64,000 nt of DNA from Candidatus Anstonellales archaeon (GTDB lineage: Archaea > Micrarchaeota > Micrarchaeia > Anstonellales > J096), in NCBI GenBank assembly GCA_038890615.1, contig JAWAFI010000003.1, positions 1-64,000 of the forward strand, in the 5' to 3' direction. Of this stretch, positions 39,398-48,589 are shown in pieces. The notes under the pieces are model-generated. The model worked only from the letters and a program-made list of their open reading frames with translations, did not search any database and had not been told where the DNA came from. Numbering within the stretch: the stretch's first letter is position 1; every line of letters starts with the position of its first letter. A program made the translations under genes and the position numbers.

Positions 39398-39616
39398 TTA
39401 AGCCTCTGCCAGGACGCTTAGCACTTTAACGAGCGAACCATCCTTTTCTTTGAATGTCATTTTTATTCCCTCTGACTTGAAGGCACTTTTGAGCACATTA
39501 TAGTTAAGGTTGAGTTCCTTCCCAAGCTCAAGTGCAACCTCATATATCCTCTTGCCCTCCATAACATTGTTGAGGTTCTCCATAACAGTAAGCATTAGAA
39601 ACTCTTCTTTCTTCAT
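39398..39616 (-). CDS. Small hypothetical protein (possible HTH)
   Basis: ATG at 39616 avoids the tRNA; ends 1 nt before the atpD start. Confidence 0.55.
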   Translation of the reverse strand: MKKEEFLMLTVMENLNNVMEGKRIYEVALELGKELNLNYNVLKSAFKSEGIKMTFKEKDGSLVKVLSVLAEA

Positions 39617-39658
39617 AGCAAAAGTATTAAATAAGCGTGATTTAAAATACTTTCCATC

Positions 39659-39731
39659 GGGGCTGTGGGCCAACCTGGTATGCTGCCACCTTCGGGAGGT
39701 GGTGATCTGAGTTCAAATCTCGGCAGCCCCA
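39659..39731 (+). tRNA. tRNA-Pro(CGG)
   Basis: GGGGCTG/CAGCCCC acceptor, CCACC-TTCGGGA-GGTGG anticodon arm, GTTCAAATC; no CCA. Confidence 0.95.
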
Positions 39732-39748
39732 CTAACACAGGTGTGGAA

Positions 39749-41365
39749 ATGCGTGAAATAATAAGGAAGTACGTGATTAGGAACGCCTTGCAATACGGCA
39801 GGGCAGACGAAAAGTCAGTGATGGGTAAGGTAATGGCAGAGGTGCCAGAGGCAAGGAGCCGTGTACAGGAAGTAATGGAGCTGATAAAAGAAGAGATAAA
39901 AGCAATAGAAGGTATGGGGAAGGAGGAGATGGAGAAAGAGATAGAAGGAAAGGAGTTCATTAAGGCAAAGGAACCAGACCCTTTCGCAGTTGAAGGCGCA
40001 GAGCAGGGCAAGGTAATCACCAGGTTTCCTCCAGAGCCAAACGGCTACCTCCACATAGGCCATTGCAAAGCACTCGTGATAAACAGGATAGTAGCAGACA
40101 AGTACAAAGGCAGAATGATAATTAGGATAGACGACACCAATCCTGCCAAGGAAAGCAAGGAATACCTGGATGCCATTGTCGAAAATATAAAATGGCTTGG
40201 GATTAAATGGGACTCATTTTCATTCACTACTGATTATATGAACGAAATCTACGAAGCTTGCAGAAAACTTATTCAAGATGGAAATGCCTATGTCTGCACC
40301 TGCGCTCCGGAAGAAGTAAAGAAAGGCAGGGCAGAAAAGAAAGGATGCGACCATAGAAACAAGCGAGCTTCGCAGAACTTAGAAGAATACGAGAAGCTCA
40401 AAATAAATGAGAATGGGATTGTCAGGCTAAAGGGAGATATGGAAAGCGAGAACACCGTAATGAGAGACCCTACACTTATGAGGGTTGTTGGGGCGAGCCA
40501 TTTTAGGCATGGTAGGAAATACAAGCTATGGCCGACATACGATTTAGCTTCTGCATTAGTTGACAGCATCGAAGGAGTAACCCATGCTATGAGGTCCAAG
40601 GAATACGAACTAAGAGAAGAGCTTTATTTCACGATACTCAGAATGCTTAAGATGAGAGAGCCCAAGCTCATCCACTTCTCACGGCTTAATATGAGGGGCA
40701 TGCCGGTAAGCAAGAGGCTAATAAAGCCACTTGTGGAGCAGGGGAAGGTAAGCGGATGGGATGATCCTAGGCTGCCTACATTGGCAGCTCTTAAAAGAAG
40801 AGGTATAACTCCGGAGGCGCTTAAAAGCTTTGCATCGAGGTTTGGCCTTGGCAAGGCAGAGAACGAGGCAGATATAGAAATGCTCCTATCAGAAAATAAG
40901 AAGGTTGTTGACAAAACATCACCGAGGTTTGTTGCGATTGAAAACCCAAAAGAATTGGAGGTTGGATTAAGCAAAACCGTCCAACTCAAAAAGCATCCTA
41001 CTGAGGATATGGGTGTTAGGGAGCTTTGCGTTAATGGAAGGGTTTTAGTTGAAAAGGCAGGGGAAGAAATGGTGTTAAGGAACCTTGGAAGGTTCAGGAT
41101 AAGCGGAAAAAGGGCTGAAAGGATTGGCGAAGGGGAAAAAGGGGAGCTATGGCTGCCTCCAGAGCAGGCAGTTGAGGGAGAATTATGGGAAATAGGTCTC
41201 CTTTATGAGGGGGACAAATTCAATGAAAAAAGCCTGGTCAAAAAGAAGGCAATGATAGAAGCAGAGGTGGCTAATCAGGAAAAGGGGAAAATAATCCAGC
41301 TTGAGAGAAAGGGCTTTTACATAATAGATAGCTTAGAACCGCTTGTGCTGATAAGAAGCTGCTGA
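39749..41365 (+). CDS. gltX: Glutamate--tRNA ligase (archaeal type)
   Basis: TRFPPEPNGYLHIGH, RIDDTNP, WPTYD, VSKR, GWDDPRLPT, QLERKG; ATG 39749 after the tRNA. Confidence 0.95.
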   Translation: MREIIRKYVIRNALQYGRADEKSVMGKVMAEVPEARSRVQEVMELIKEEIKAIEGMGKEEMEKEIEGKEFIKAKEPDPFAVEGAEQGKVITRFPPEPNGYLHIGHCKALVINRIVADKYKGRMIIRIDDTNPAKESKEYLDAIVENIKWLGIKWDSFSFTTDYMNEIYEACRKLIQDGNAYVCTCAPEEVKKGRAEKKGCDHRNKRASQNLEEYEKLKINENGIVRLKGDMESENTVMRDPTLMRVVGASHFRHGRKYKLWPTYDLASALVDSIEGVTHAMRSKEYELREELYFTILRMLKMREPKLIHFSRLNMRGMPVSKRLIKPLVEQGKVSGWDDPRLPTLAALKRRGITPEALKSFASRFGLGKAENEADIEMLLSENKKVVDKTSPRFVAIENPKELEVGLSKTVQLKKHPTEDMGVRELCVNGRVLVEKAGEEMVLRNLGRFRISGKRAERIGEGEKGELWLPPEQAVEGELWEIGLLYEGDKFNEKSLVKKKAMIEAEVANQEKGKIIQLERKGFYIIDSLEPLVLIRSC

Positions 41366-41446
41366 GCATTAGAACAAAGCAAGCGTTTAGCAACCTGGGC
41401 CAACTGAATAACAAAAGCATTTAAATAGTGCCTCTCAAATTCCAAC

Positions 41447-43726
41447 ATGTGCAACCTTATAGTAGAAGGTACAAGAGGCATAGTTGACCTGGCAAAATGC
41501 CCTTATGAGTTCGGCTCTGCTGAATTCCTAAATTACCACCTTAAGGACCTTTCAACACTAGACATAGAGCTCACATCTATAAGGTATGAAGAAGAAATGA
41601 TTGTCGAGCTTGATGCTGAAAAAACAAGAATACTTATAGAATATGCTAAGTTCATAAGGGAGATAGAGAACATACTGCTTGACAAGAAGGTTTATGGCAT
41701 ACAGCAAGACCCTTCTTTTGAAGCAAGAAGAGACACCCTAAGAAAATTCTATGAATACTTGTTTATGAACCCTATAATGGCTGAAAGCTTGCTCAGCAAC
41801 TATAACGAAGAATTTCCAGACAGATCGCTATTTGTCGGGGGGCACAAGAACTTCATGGCACTGAAGGCAAGGGTGATGGAAAAATTCAAGGGGACAAAGC
41901 TTTACAAGCTTGTCAAAGAAAAGGGGGATCTTAGGGAGGCATTCCTTTACTTGGTAGGGCTGAAGAGCACCGAGCTAATAGAAACAGTCATGATAGAGCT
42001 GCCAGAAGGCGCAGTGCCCCTGGAAGGAAGGGATGCAAGGTACACTCTACCTTATGGAAATGAAGTGCAGATCTACGACGTCCCTGAAAGGGACACTTAT
42101 ATATATGTGGAAAGGAACAGGACTCTGGAGATGCTGCCTGAGCACCTAAAAGCCTTGATGAAAGAAAAAATAGAGATGGAGATGAGAGAAAGCTTTGAGA
42201 ATGCAGATTACGAAATACTGATGGACCTTAAGACAAAGGAATACAAGCAATGGTTCGTCGATGAGGCCATAAGGAGGGAGATAGACATAACCCCAGACCA
42301 AGCGCTTGTTATGGGAAGGGAGGTAGCAAGCTGGGTAGTTGGAGCAGGAGCTCAGATAGAAGCACTTGCGTTAGACAGGAAGTACATAACAGACATTTAC
42401 CTTGACAGCGAAAATTCCCCCATATACTTGGAACACCAGAAATTTGGCATATGCCATACCCTATCAAGGTACAACCGGGATATGGTTGAGAGGGCCTTCA
42501 AGAACATTGTCATGACGCTAAAAGGGGTAAGAAAATTTGACGAGAATAACCCTGTGGTGGATGTTGTGGTGAAGAGGCTTTCTATGAGGTGCCACCTCCA
42601 GAGGCCGCCTGCAACTTTCGGCGAGCTGCAAGGGGCTTTCAGGATAATGAAAGAGACACCTTTCACTTATCCTCTTTACCTAAACTACAAATCGTTTACT
42701 CCTTTCTTTGCGGGCTATGATGATGTAATGGTAACGCTTGGAAGCAGCGAAGCAGTGCTTGGCCTAAAAGGAGTAGGCAAAACCGCATTCACTGCTGCAA
42801 AAATAACTGCAATAGGGACTAGGAGGAGGATAATACCAATACAGGACATTGAGGAGATCCCTGTAAGGGCTTTCAGGAAGAGGGGATTCCACATAGGCGC
42901 TGCAAGGGTAATGAGCTCAGAGAAAGAGGAAGCAGGCGCAGGAACAAAGGAGCTTGACTTGATATCAATGGCAAATGCACTTCTTAGGATGGGTGACGCA
43001 GCCCTGATAATCAACGAGATAAGGTCAAGGGTTGCAGTCCAAGGTGTAGTAAACCTTTTGAACACGCAGCCCGGGGTTTTCCTGCTTTATAACCTGCACG
43101 CAGAATCTTTGAAGGACATTCAAGAGAGGCTTGAACTTGTGTTTGGCATACCTTCAGCAAGCATGTTTGCTACTGACAGGTACACCTTCCTAAAGAAAGT
43201 GAAGTTTGGAAGAAAAGGAAGGATATACAGGGTGCTTGGCTATGAGTTCGAGAGTGACATAGAGCAAAGGGCTTTCGCAAAAGTATTTGATATGGTAAGG
43301 GGCCATGACATAGAAAGCTGCTACACCAAGCCGCTGTTCCTAAAAAACCCAGAAGCCAATAGCAAGGACGCGGACTATGACTTCAACAGGCTGGAAAAGG
43401 ACTTAGACATAGAATTCGTGCCTCCTGCGCTCAAGAGAAGGGCAGCTGACACAGGAATTTCCCCTGAGCAGTATATACTGCAAGCATTCTACAAAGGGAG
43501 GGTATATGAGGACATAAGGAAGCTTGCAGAGCAAAACGACAACGAGCTTATATTGGAGCTTGATTTCGTGGTAAAAGCGAACAATTTAGCCAACAAAATA
43601 CTAAAGGAGCTTGAAAACGAGAATGGAGAAGTGGACTACAAAACAGCAATAAAGATGTGGAACGCTAGGTTCGCTGAATTCTTTAAGAAAGAGAAGCTAT
43701 TGCTTGAAAGGGAGAAGCGGGGCTAA
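41447..43726 (+). CDS. Divergent type II/IV secretion ATPase (VirB11/TadA/FlaI-like)
   Basis: ITDIY, GLKGVGKT Walker A, IQDIEEI Asp box, LRMGDAALIINEIR Walker B, NLHAES His box. Confidence 0.75.
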   Translation: MCNLIVEGTRGIVDLAKCPYEFGSAEFLNYHLKDLSTLDIELTSIRYEEEMIVELDAEKTRILIEYAKFIREIENILLDKKVYGIQQDPSFEARRDTLRKFYEYLFMNPIMAESLLSNYNEEFPDRSLFVGGHKNFMALKARVMEKFKGTKLYKLVKEKGDLREAFLYLVGLKSTELIETVMIELPEGAVPLEGRDARYTLPYGNEVQIYDVPERDTYIYVERNRTLEMLPEHLKALMKEKIEMEMRESFENADYEILMDLKTKEYKQWFVDEAIRREIDITPDQALVMGREVASWVVGAGAQIEALALDRKYITDIYLDSENSPIYLEHQKFGICHTLSRYNRDMVERAFKNIVMTLKGVRKFDENNPVVDVVVKRLSMRCHLQRPPATFGELQGAFRIMKETPFTYPLYLNYKSFTPFFAGYDDVMVTLGSSEAVLGLKGVGKTAFTAAKITAIGTRRRIIPIQDIEEIPVRAFRKRGFHIGAARVMSSEKEEAGAGTKELDLISMANALLRMGDAALIINEIRSRVAVQGVVNLLNTQPGVFLLYNLHAESLKDIQERLELVFGIPSASMFATDRYTFLKKVKFGRKGRIYRVLGYEFESDIEQRAFAKVFDMVRGHDIESCYTKPLFLKNPEANSKDADYDFNRLEKDLDIEFVPPALKRRAADTGISPEQYILQAFYKGRVYEDIRKLAEQNDNELILELDFVVKANNLANKILKELENENGEVDYKTAIKMWNARFAEFFKKEKLLLEREKRG

Positions 43727-43727
43727 C

Positions 43728-44168
43728 CTAACCGCGGGTTATTACATCTACAACAACAGTGCCATTGGAATTGCTTATGTTGAAAAGGTAATTGCCGCCG
43801 CTGGTTATATCGCCATTGTAGGAAACCTTGGCAGCAACATACTCTATTATCTCATTGCCATCAGAAAGCTTTGCCTTCACAAGAGTAGACTCGCTGTTAG
43901 GGCCGAAGCTCTGGATAGTAAAGGTTTCCAAAGAGTCAGGAAGCGAAGTTTCAAGGTAGATATTGCTTCCCGGAGTATAGTAAACCGCCTTTATGGAAGA
44001 AACTAATGAAGAGACGGATACACTTGCCCTCCTTATCTCTGAATCCCTGGTAGATGAGTTTAGCATAGTATAAACCAAGCTTATAGTAATCAGGAACATT
44101 AGAAGCGCAACGCCAATGGTTACCAGCAGTTCAACACTGCTTTGACCTTTACTCCTCATATCTTTCAA
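43728..44168 (-). CDS. Class III signal peptide (type IV pilin-like) protein
   Basis: RSKG/QSSVELLVTIGVALLMF prepilin motif; start could be ATG 44159. Confidence 0.85.
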   Translation of the reverse strand: MKDMRSKGQSSVELLVTIGVALLMFLITISLVYTMLNSSTRDSEIRRASVSVSSLVSSIKAVYYTPGSNIYLETSLPDSLETFTIQSFGPNSESTLVKAKLSDGNEIIEYVAAKVSYNGDITSGGNYLFNISNSNGTVVVDVITRG

Positions 44169-45231
44169 ACCTCTTTGTTTTCCTTCCTTTCAGCTTCCTC
44201 AGCAAGCTGTCAAGCTCAGCGCAAGCATTCCTCAGCGCTGCATCTAATTTATAGTGTTCCACTTTTAATATTAACGGTTTTGTTGAATGTGATATCACCC
44301 TGACCGCTATGGCAGACAAGGATTTTCCATGCTTTACATAAACATGCACTGCGCTTATCCTTAACGAGCTGGCAAATGGCTTTATTGTTGCATCAATCTC
44401 TTCTATAATTTTTTTCTTCATATATTGGTTGGTTTCGTCAAGGCCGCTTACTTCCACTACCAGCGACTTAGGCTGCATCTTGGAGAGGTATTTGAAAATT
44501 GAGGTAGCAGTAAGTATGCCTATAGGCCTCCCTTTATCCGTAAGCAATACAGATGAGACCTCATTTTCAACCATGCTTTTCACAGCAGATTTCAGCGAAA
44601 TGGATACTGGAAGGTAAAAAATAGGCCTCATTATCTCGCTAACAACCTTGCTGTCGCTTACTCTTTTGCTTTCTTTTATAAGCGATTTCCCCTCGCGCCT
44701 CTGATCCTTCATTTTTACAGCCATTAGATCTATTGTAGAAATTATGCCAACAACCTTGCCCTTTTCTTCCACTGCCAGCCTATGCACCTTCTTCTCCGCC
44801 ATAAACTTGCGGGCCAGCTCAGCTGTATGCGTAGAAGGTATTGAGTATATGCCCGGCTCATAAACATAGCTTAGCTCAAGCCCATCAAGGAGGCCTTCCT
44901 CAAGGAGCATCTCGAGCACATCAGACCTAGTTATAAGGCCTTTTATATTATTGCCCTCTTTGTAAGGAAGCGCCTTGAAATGCCCGGAAAGGAATTTGGA
45001 AATAACCTCTTTCCAACCATCTTCTTCCTCAATAACAGGGCATTTAACTGCAACGCTGTGAGCCTTTGTTTTAGAGGGGTCAATGCCAAGCCTCACGTGC
45101 CTGTCATCAATTACGCCTATGAATTTTTTCCCATCATAAACACCAACTGAAGTTGATCCGCCGAGAATAAGATCAAAAGCCTTTGAAACTGGCTCTTCCC
45201 CCTTTACCGTATAAAAAGGCCTCACTTTCAT
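44149..45231 (-). CDS. Four CBS domains plus C-terminal HPF/RaiA-like domain (putative ribosome hibernation factor)
   Basis: CBS motifs (IGVIDDR, GLITRSD, GIISTID, GILTATS); C-terminal VEVSGL...VHVYVK...IAVRV...LDAALRNACAELDSLLRK. Confidence 0.72.
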   Translation of the reverse strand: MKVRPFYTVKGEEPVSKAFDLILGGSTSVGVYDGKKFIGVIDDRHVRLGIDPSKTKAHSVAVKCPVIEEEDGWKEVISKFLSGHFKALPYKEGNNIKGLITRSDVLEMLLEEGLLDGLELSYVYEPGIYSIPSTHTAELARKFMAEKKVHRLAVEEKGKVVGIISTIDLMAVKMKDQRREGKSLIKESKRVSDSKVVSEIMRPIFYLPVSISLKSAVKSMVENEVSSVLLTDKGRPIGILTATSIFKYLSKMQPKSLVVEVSGLDETNQYMKKKIIEEIDATIKPFASSLRISAVHVYVKHGKSLSAIAVRVISHSTKPLILKVEHYKLDAALRNACAELDSLLRKLKGRKTKRFERYEE

Positions 45232-45281
45232 AAACAGAGTTGCACCACAAGATTTTAATACCTTTACCTGTAAGGAATATT

Positions 45282-45923
45282 ATGCTTTATCCCCTCTATA
45301 AGCTGGTTGAGAAAGACACTTGGAAGGAAATACTTCTCCAGATGGTTGAAACCCATAAGCTTGACCCTTGGAATATAAACATAGTTGAGGTTTCTGAGCT
45401 ATTTTTGAAAGAGATAGCTAAGAGCAGGAGCCTCCAATATTGCGCAAATGTGATACTTGCAGCAGCAATATTGCTTAAGATGAAGAGCGACATTCTCAAG
45501 CAAAGGGAAGAGCAGGTTGTTGAAGAGGTTCCTGAAGAAATAGGCCCTATGCCAGAGATAGCCATTAGCTCTAGGTTCCCCCCTAAAAGGCAGGTTACTC
45601 TTGAAGAGCTTATTGAAGAAGTTGAGAAAGTAATGAGCGCAACTGAAAGGCAAAGAGCCCCAGCATCAGCCCCAATGGAAGTGGTTGAGATTGAGATGGA
45701 TATCTACGATGTAGAAAAAGAGAAGGAAGAGGTGCTTAAGGTGCTTGAAGGCGGGGCTATGGAATTCTTTGAAATTGCTTATGCGCTTGGCATTAAAGAA
45801 AGGGCAGCACAGGTGATACTTTTCCTCTCACTCCTCCATCTTTTCCAGAGCGGCGAAATAACAATAGAGCAAAAGGAGCTGTTCGGCTCAATAATGGTGG
45901 ATAAATGCAGGAAGAACAGCTAA
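45282..45923 (+). CDS. scpA: Segregation/condensation protein A (kleisin)
   Basis: LDPWNINIVEV, AAILLKMKS, RQVTLEELI, FLSLLHL...QKELFG. Confidence 0.9.
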   Translation: MLYPLYKLVEKDTWKEILLQMVETHKLDPWNINIVEVSELFLKEIAKSRSLQYCANVILAAAILLKMKSDILKQREEQVVEEVPEEIGPMPEIAISSRFPPKRQVTLEELIEEVEKVMSATERQRAPASAPMEVVEIEMDIYDVEKEKEEVLKVLEGGAMEFFEIAYALGIKERAAQVILFLSLLHLFQSGEITIEQKELFGSIMVDKCRKNS

Positions 45924-46366
45924 TAGAAGGTGCGCTTTTCCTAAGCGGAAAGCCGATAAAGCTTGAGAAGATTCAGAAATTTATAGGGATAGCAAGCCCT
46001 GGCTACATAAAAGGAGTCATCGAAAGAATAAATGCCAAGTACGCCAGCATAGGAAGCCCTTTTGAATTTAGGGTTGTAGGGGATGAGGTTTACATGATGG
46101 TTAGGGAAGATGTCCTTGCAAAAGTAAAGGAGTTTGCAAAGGAAAGGGAACTAAGCAGATCAGCTTTAAAATCCCTTGCATTCATATCTAAGAGGGATGG
46201 GGTGGAAAAATCCAAGCTCATAAGAACATTAGGAACTCATATGTATGGGGCAGTCAAGGAACTTGTGGAAAAAGGGTTTGTTAGGGAGAAAAAGGCCGGG
46301 AGATCAAGCCAGCTCTTTGTAACTGAAAAATTCAAGGATTACTTTGGGGTGCAGGAAAAGGCATGA
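45905..46366 (+). CDS. scpB: Segregation/condensation protein B
   Basis: IEGALFLSGKPI, ELSRSALKSLAFI, VTEKFKDYFG; follows scpA. Confidence 0.9.
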   Translation: MQEEQLIEGALFLSGKPIKLEKIQKFIGIASPGYIKGVIERINAKYASIGSPFEFRVVGDEVYMMVREDVLAKVKEFAKERELSRSALKSLAFISKRDGVEKSKLIRTLGTHMYGAVKELVEKGFVREKKAGRSSQLFVTEKFKDYFGVQEKA

Positions 46367-46776
46367 AGGAAAGCTTAGACAAAGCAAAGAAAAAGGCACT
46401 TTCAGAGGTTAAGAAAGAAATAGAGGAGCTTTTCGGCATTGCATATCTGAATGTCAAAAACTGCCCTTGGGTTGCAGAAAGAAGTGTTGAGGATTACATC
46501 AAAGAGCTTGAAAGTGAGATAAAGGAACTTCGTGAAGAGGTTGAAAAAGGCAGCAATGAAGGCATTGAGGAGGAAGTAGGTGATGTTTTTTGGGATGCCT
46601 TGATGCTCCTTTATATAGCGCATAAAAACAGAAAGGCAAACAAAAAGAAAGCCCTTAGAATAGTCGCAGAAAAGATAAAGAGAAGGAAACCTTGGCTTAT
46701 TGAAGGCAGAAAAGTTGGCAAGCAAGAAGCGATGGATATTTGGAATGCAGCAAAGAAAATGGAGAAAAAGCGCTAA
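46363..46776 (+). CDS. MazG-family nucleotide pyrophosphohydrolase
   Basis: CPW, ESEIKEL, EEEVGDV, KIKRRKPW. Confidence 0.85.
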   Translation: MKESLDKAKKKALSEVKKEIEELFGIAYLNVKNCPWVAERSVEDYIKELESEIKELREEVEKGSNEGIEEEVGDVFWDALMLLYIAHKNRKANKKKALRIVAEKIKRRKPWLIEGRKVGKQEAMDIWNAAKKMEKKR

Positions 46777-47162
46777 AGCAACCTTTCCTTAAGGCAGTCT
46801 GCAACAAAGCACATCCCATGGAAAACTTGCACACCCTTTTGCCTGCATAGCTCTATCGCTCTTTCATTTTCAGAGCCTGGCTGGAACCATATTGCCTTTG
46901 CCCCTGCAAGGCAGGCTTCCTCTGCAACTTTCCGGGCGACTGAAGGAGGGGTTACAACAATAACCAAGCCCGGAGCTTCTGGAAGCGAAGAAATTGAGGG
47001 GTAAGCCTTTGCACCATCTATTTCCCCGGCATTTGGATTTACGGGATAAACCCTGAAACCATATAAAACCAAGCTGTGGAATACCCGATAGCCATACTTT
47101 GACTTGTCTCGCGAGGCACCTACGACTGCTATAGGGGTTGATTTGGAAAAAAGCTCCATCAC
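46773..47162 (-). CDS. CoA-binding protein (YccU-like)
   Basis: IAVVGAS, VYPVNP, IWFQPG, C-terminal Cys. Confidence 0.9.
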   Translation of the reverse strand: MMELFSKSTPIAVVGASRDKSKYGYRVFHSLVLYGFRVYPVNPNAGEIDGAKAYPSISSLPEAPGLVIVVTPPSVARKVAEEACLAGAKAIWFQPGSENERAIELCRQKGVQVFHGMCFVADCLKERLL

Positions 47163-47848
47163 TCTTGCCCTTCTTCCCCTGCCTCCTCAAATGACAAGAG
47201 AGTGTGCTTGAAATCAGAAAAATCTTTTACTAACCCTTTGCTAACCATATAAGAGCGGGCTAGCAGGAAATAAACCATAGCTATAGCTTTTTTCCCTTTG
47301 TTGTTTGTAGGTATGGCAAAATCAACATAATCAAGGGAGTTGTCAGTGTCGCAAAGCGCCACAACAGGTATGTTCATAACCGCTGCTTCCTTTACAGCCA
47401 CGCTTTCGGCCCTTGGATCTGAAACAAGGAGTATGGACGGCTCTTTGAAGAACGGAAGCTTCTTGTTTGTAAGAGTGCCTGGTATGAACCTTCCCCTAAT
47501 GGTGTTCATGCCAGTAACCTGCCCAAGCTTCACTGAAACTAGCGAGGAGTAAGTCCTTGAAGCAGTTACTAGCACCTCTTCTGGCCTGTAATGGGCCAGC
47601 AACGAGGCTGCCTGCCTTATCCTTTTGTCGGTCTGGTTTATGTCAAGTATGAATATCCCATCCTCCCTCTTTTTGTAAACAAAGGGCTTCATGTGGTGGT
47701 GGAGTATCCTCGTACCTATATGCACTCCTGCCCTAAGGTAATTTTCTGCAGGGATAAGAAGCCCTTCTTTGCTTTCCATCTCCTTTTCTATTGTCCTCTC
47801 AATCTCTCCTTCCTCAACTTTGTCTTTTGGTTCTTTTTTTTCTGCCAT
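47159..47848 (-). CDS. rps2: 30S ribosomal protein S2
   Basis: YLRAGVHIGT, GRFIPGTLTN, IPVVALCDTDN, IPTNNKG; start 47848 downstream of the tRNA. Confidence 0.96.
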   Translation of the reverse strand: MAEKKEPKDKVEEGEIERTIEKEMESKEGLLIPAENYLRAGVHIGTRILHHHMKPFVYKKREDGIFILDINQTDKRIRQAASLLAHYRPEEVLVTASRTYSSLVSVKLGQVTGMNTIRGRFIPGTLTNKKLPFFKEPSILLVSDPRAESVAVKEAAVMNIPVVALCDTDNSLDYVDFAIPTNNKGKKAIAMVYFLLARSYMVSKGLVKDFSDFKHTLLSFEEAGEEGQE

Positions 47849-47866
47849 CTTAGCACCTGTGAATAT

Positions 47867-47950
47867 TGGGGCCGCCGAGATTTCCAAACATTTGAACTCG
47901 GATAACAGGCACCCCAAGCCTGCAGGATGACCAGGTTACCTCACGGCCCC
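47867..47950 (-). tRNA. tRNA-Pro(GGG) with a 10-nt intron at position 59/60 (47881-47890)
   Basis: GGGGCCG/CGGCCCC acceptor, CAGGC-TTGGGGT-GCCTG anticodon arm; T arm CCGAG-TTCAAA[TGTTTGGAAA]T-CTCGG. Confidence 0.88.
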
Positions 47951-47958
47951 TTTTGAGC

Positions 47959-48153
47959 TCAATCTTGGTGGAATTCAATTATCTCACCCATAATATCTAC
48001 ATATGAAACAAACATTCGCCTGCAGCAGTATCTTTCGACCTTCAGTTCATCTAGAGCTGCCTTCTCTCCCTTTTCCTCCTTCAACTTAACATAGTTATCA
48101 TATAAGTGGCCAATCACAGAACCACAACTAAAACACCTGACCGGAAACTCCAT
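47959..48153 (-). CDS. rpoN: RNA polymerase subunit N (Rpo10)
   Basis: PVRCFSCG, RYCCRRM. Confidence 0.96.
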   Translation of the reverse strand: MEFPVRCFSCGSVIGHLYDNYVKLKEEKGEKAALDELKVERYCCRRMFVSYVDIMGEIIEFHQD

Positions 48154-48157
48154 TTAC

Positions 48158-48589
48158 TCACCTGTAGGACTTCTGGTATTTTGCCCTTGCCTTCCTTCTC
48201 CTGTACTTCTTTGACTCCACCTGCCTTACATCATTTACAATGTAGCTTTTTTCAAGGCCAAAGAAATGGCTTTCCAAAGAAGGGTCGTTGAAATACTTAA
48301 CTAATGCTCTCGCTACTGCCCCCCTTATTGCATCAACTTGGCCCATTATCCCGCCTCCAGAAACATTAACCAAAATATCCAGCTTTGAGACATCCTTGCC
48401 TGAAAGGTCAAGCGGCTCGGTTAGCATGTCCCTAATGTATTTGTTGCTTATTGAGTTTATTCCTCTTCCATTTATCCTATACTGCCCTGTGCCCTCCCTT
48501 ATGATTACCCTTGCCCTGGCTTTCTTCCTTTTTGCGCCACCAAAAGCAAATGAAGTGCTTTTGCTTTTCTTTTTTCCGGCTTTAGGCAT
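48158..48589 (-). CDS. rps9: 30S ribosomal protein S9
   Basis: KRKKARA, VSGGGIMGQ, ARAKYQKSYR. Confidence 0.96.
   Translation of the reverse strand: MPKAGKKKSKSTSFAFGGAKRKKARARVIIREGTGQYRINGRGINSISNKYIRDMLTEPLDLSGKDVSKLDILVNVSGGGIMGQVDAIRGAVARALVKYFNDPSLESHFFGLEKSYIVNDVRQVESKKYRRRKARAKYQKSYR

Noticed and set aside
21576..39731. Integrated element bounded by tRNA att sites around the AAA-VWA operon
   Set aside because: No integrase or transposase and no duplicated tRNA 3' end seen; the interval contains housekeeping genes
46363..46776. MazG as an anti-phage or toxin-antitoxin module
   Set aside because: It is coupled to scpAB with no defence genes nearby; a housecleaning role is more parsimonious
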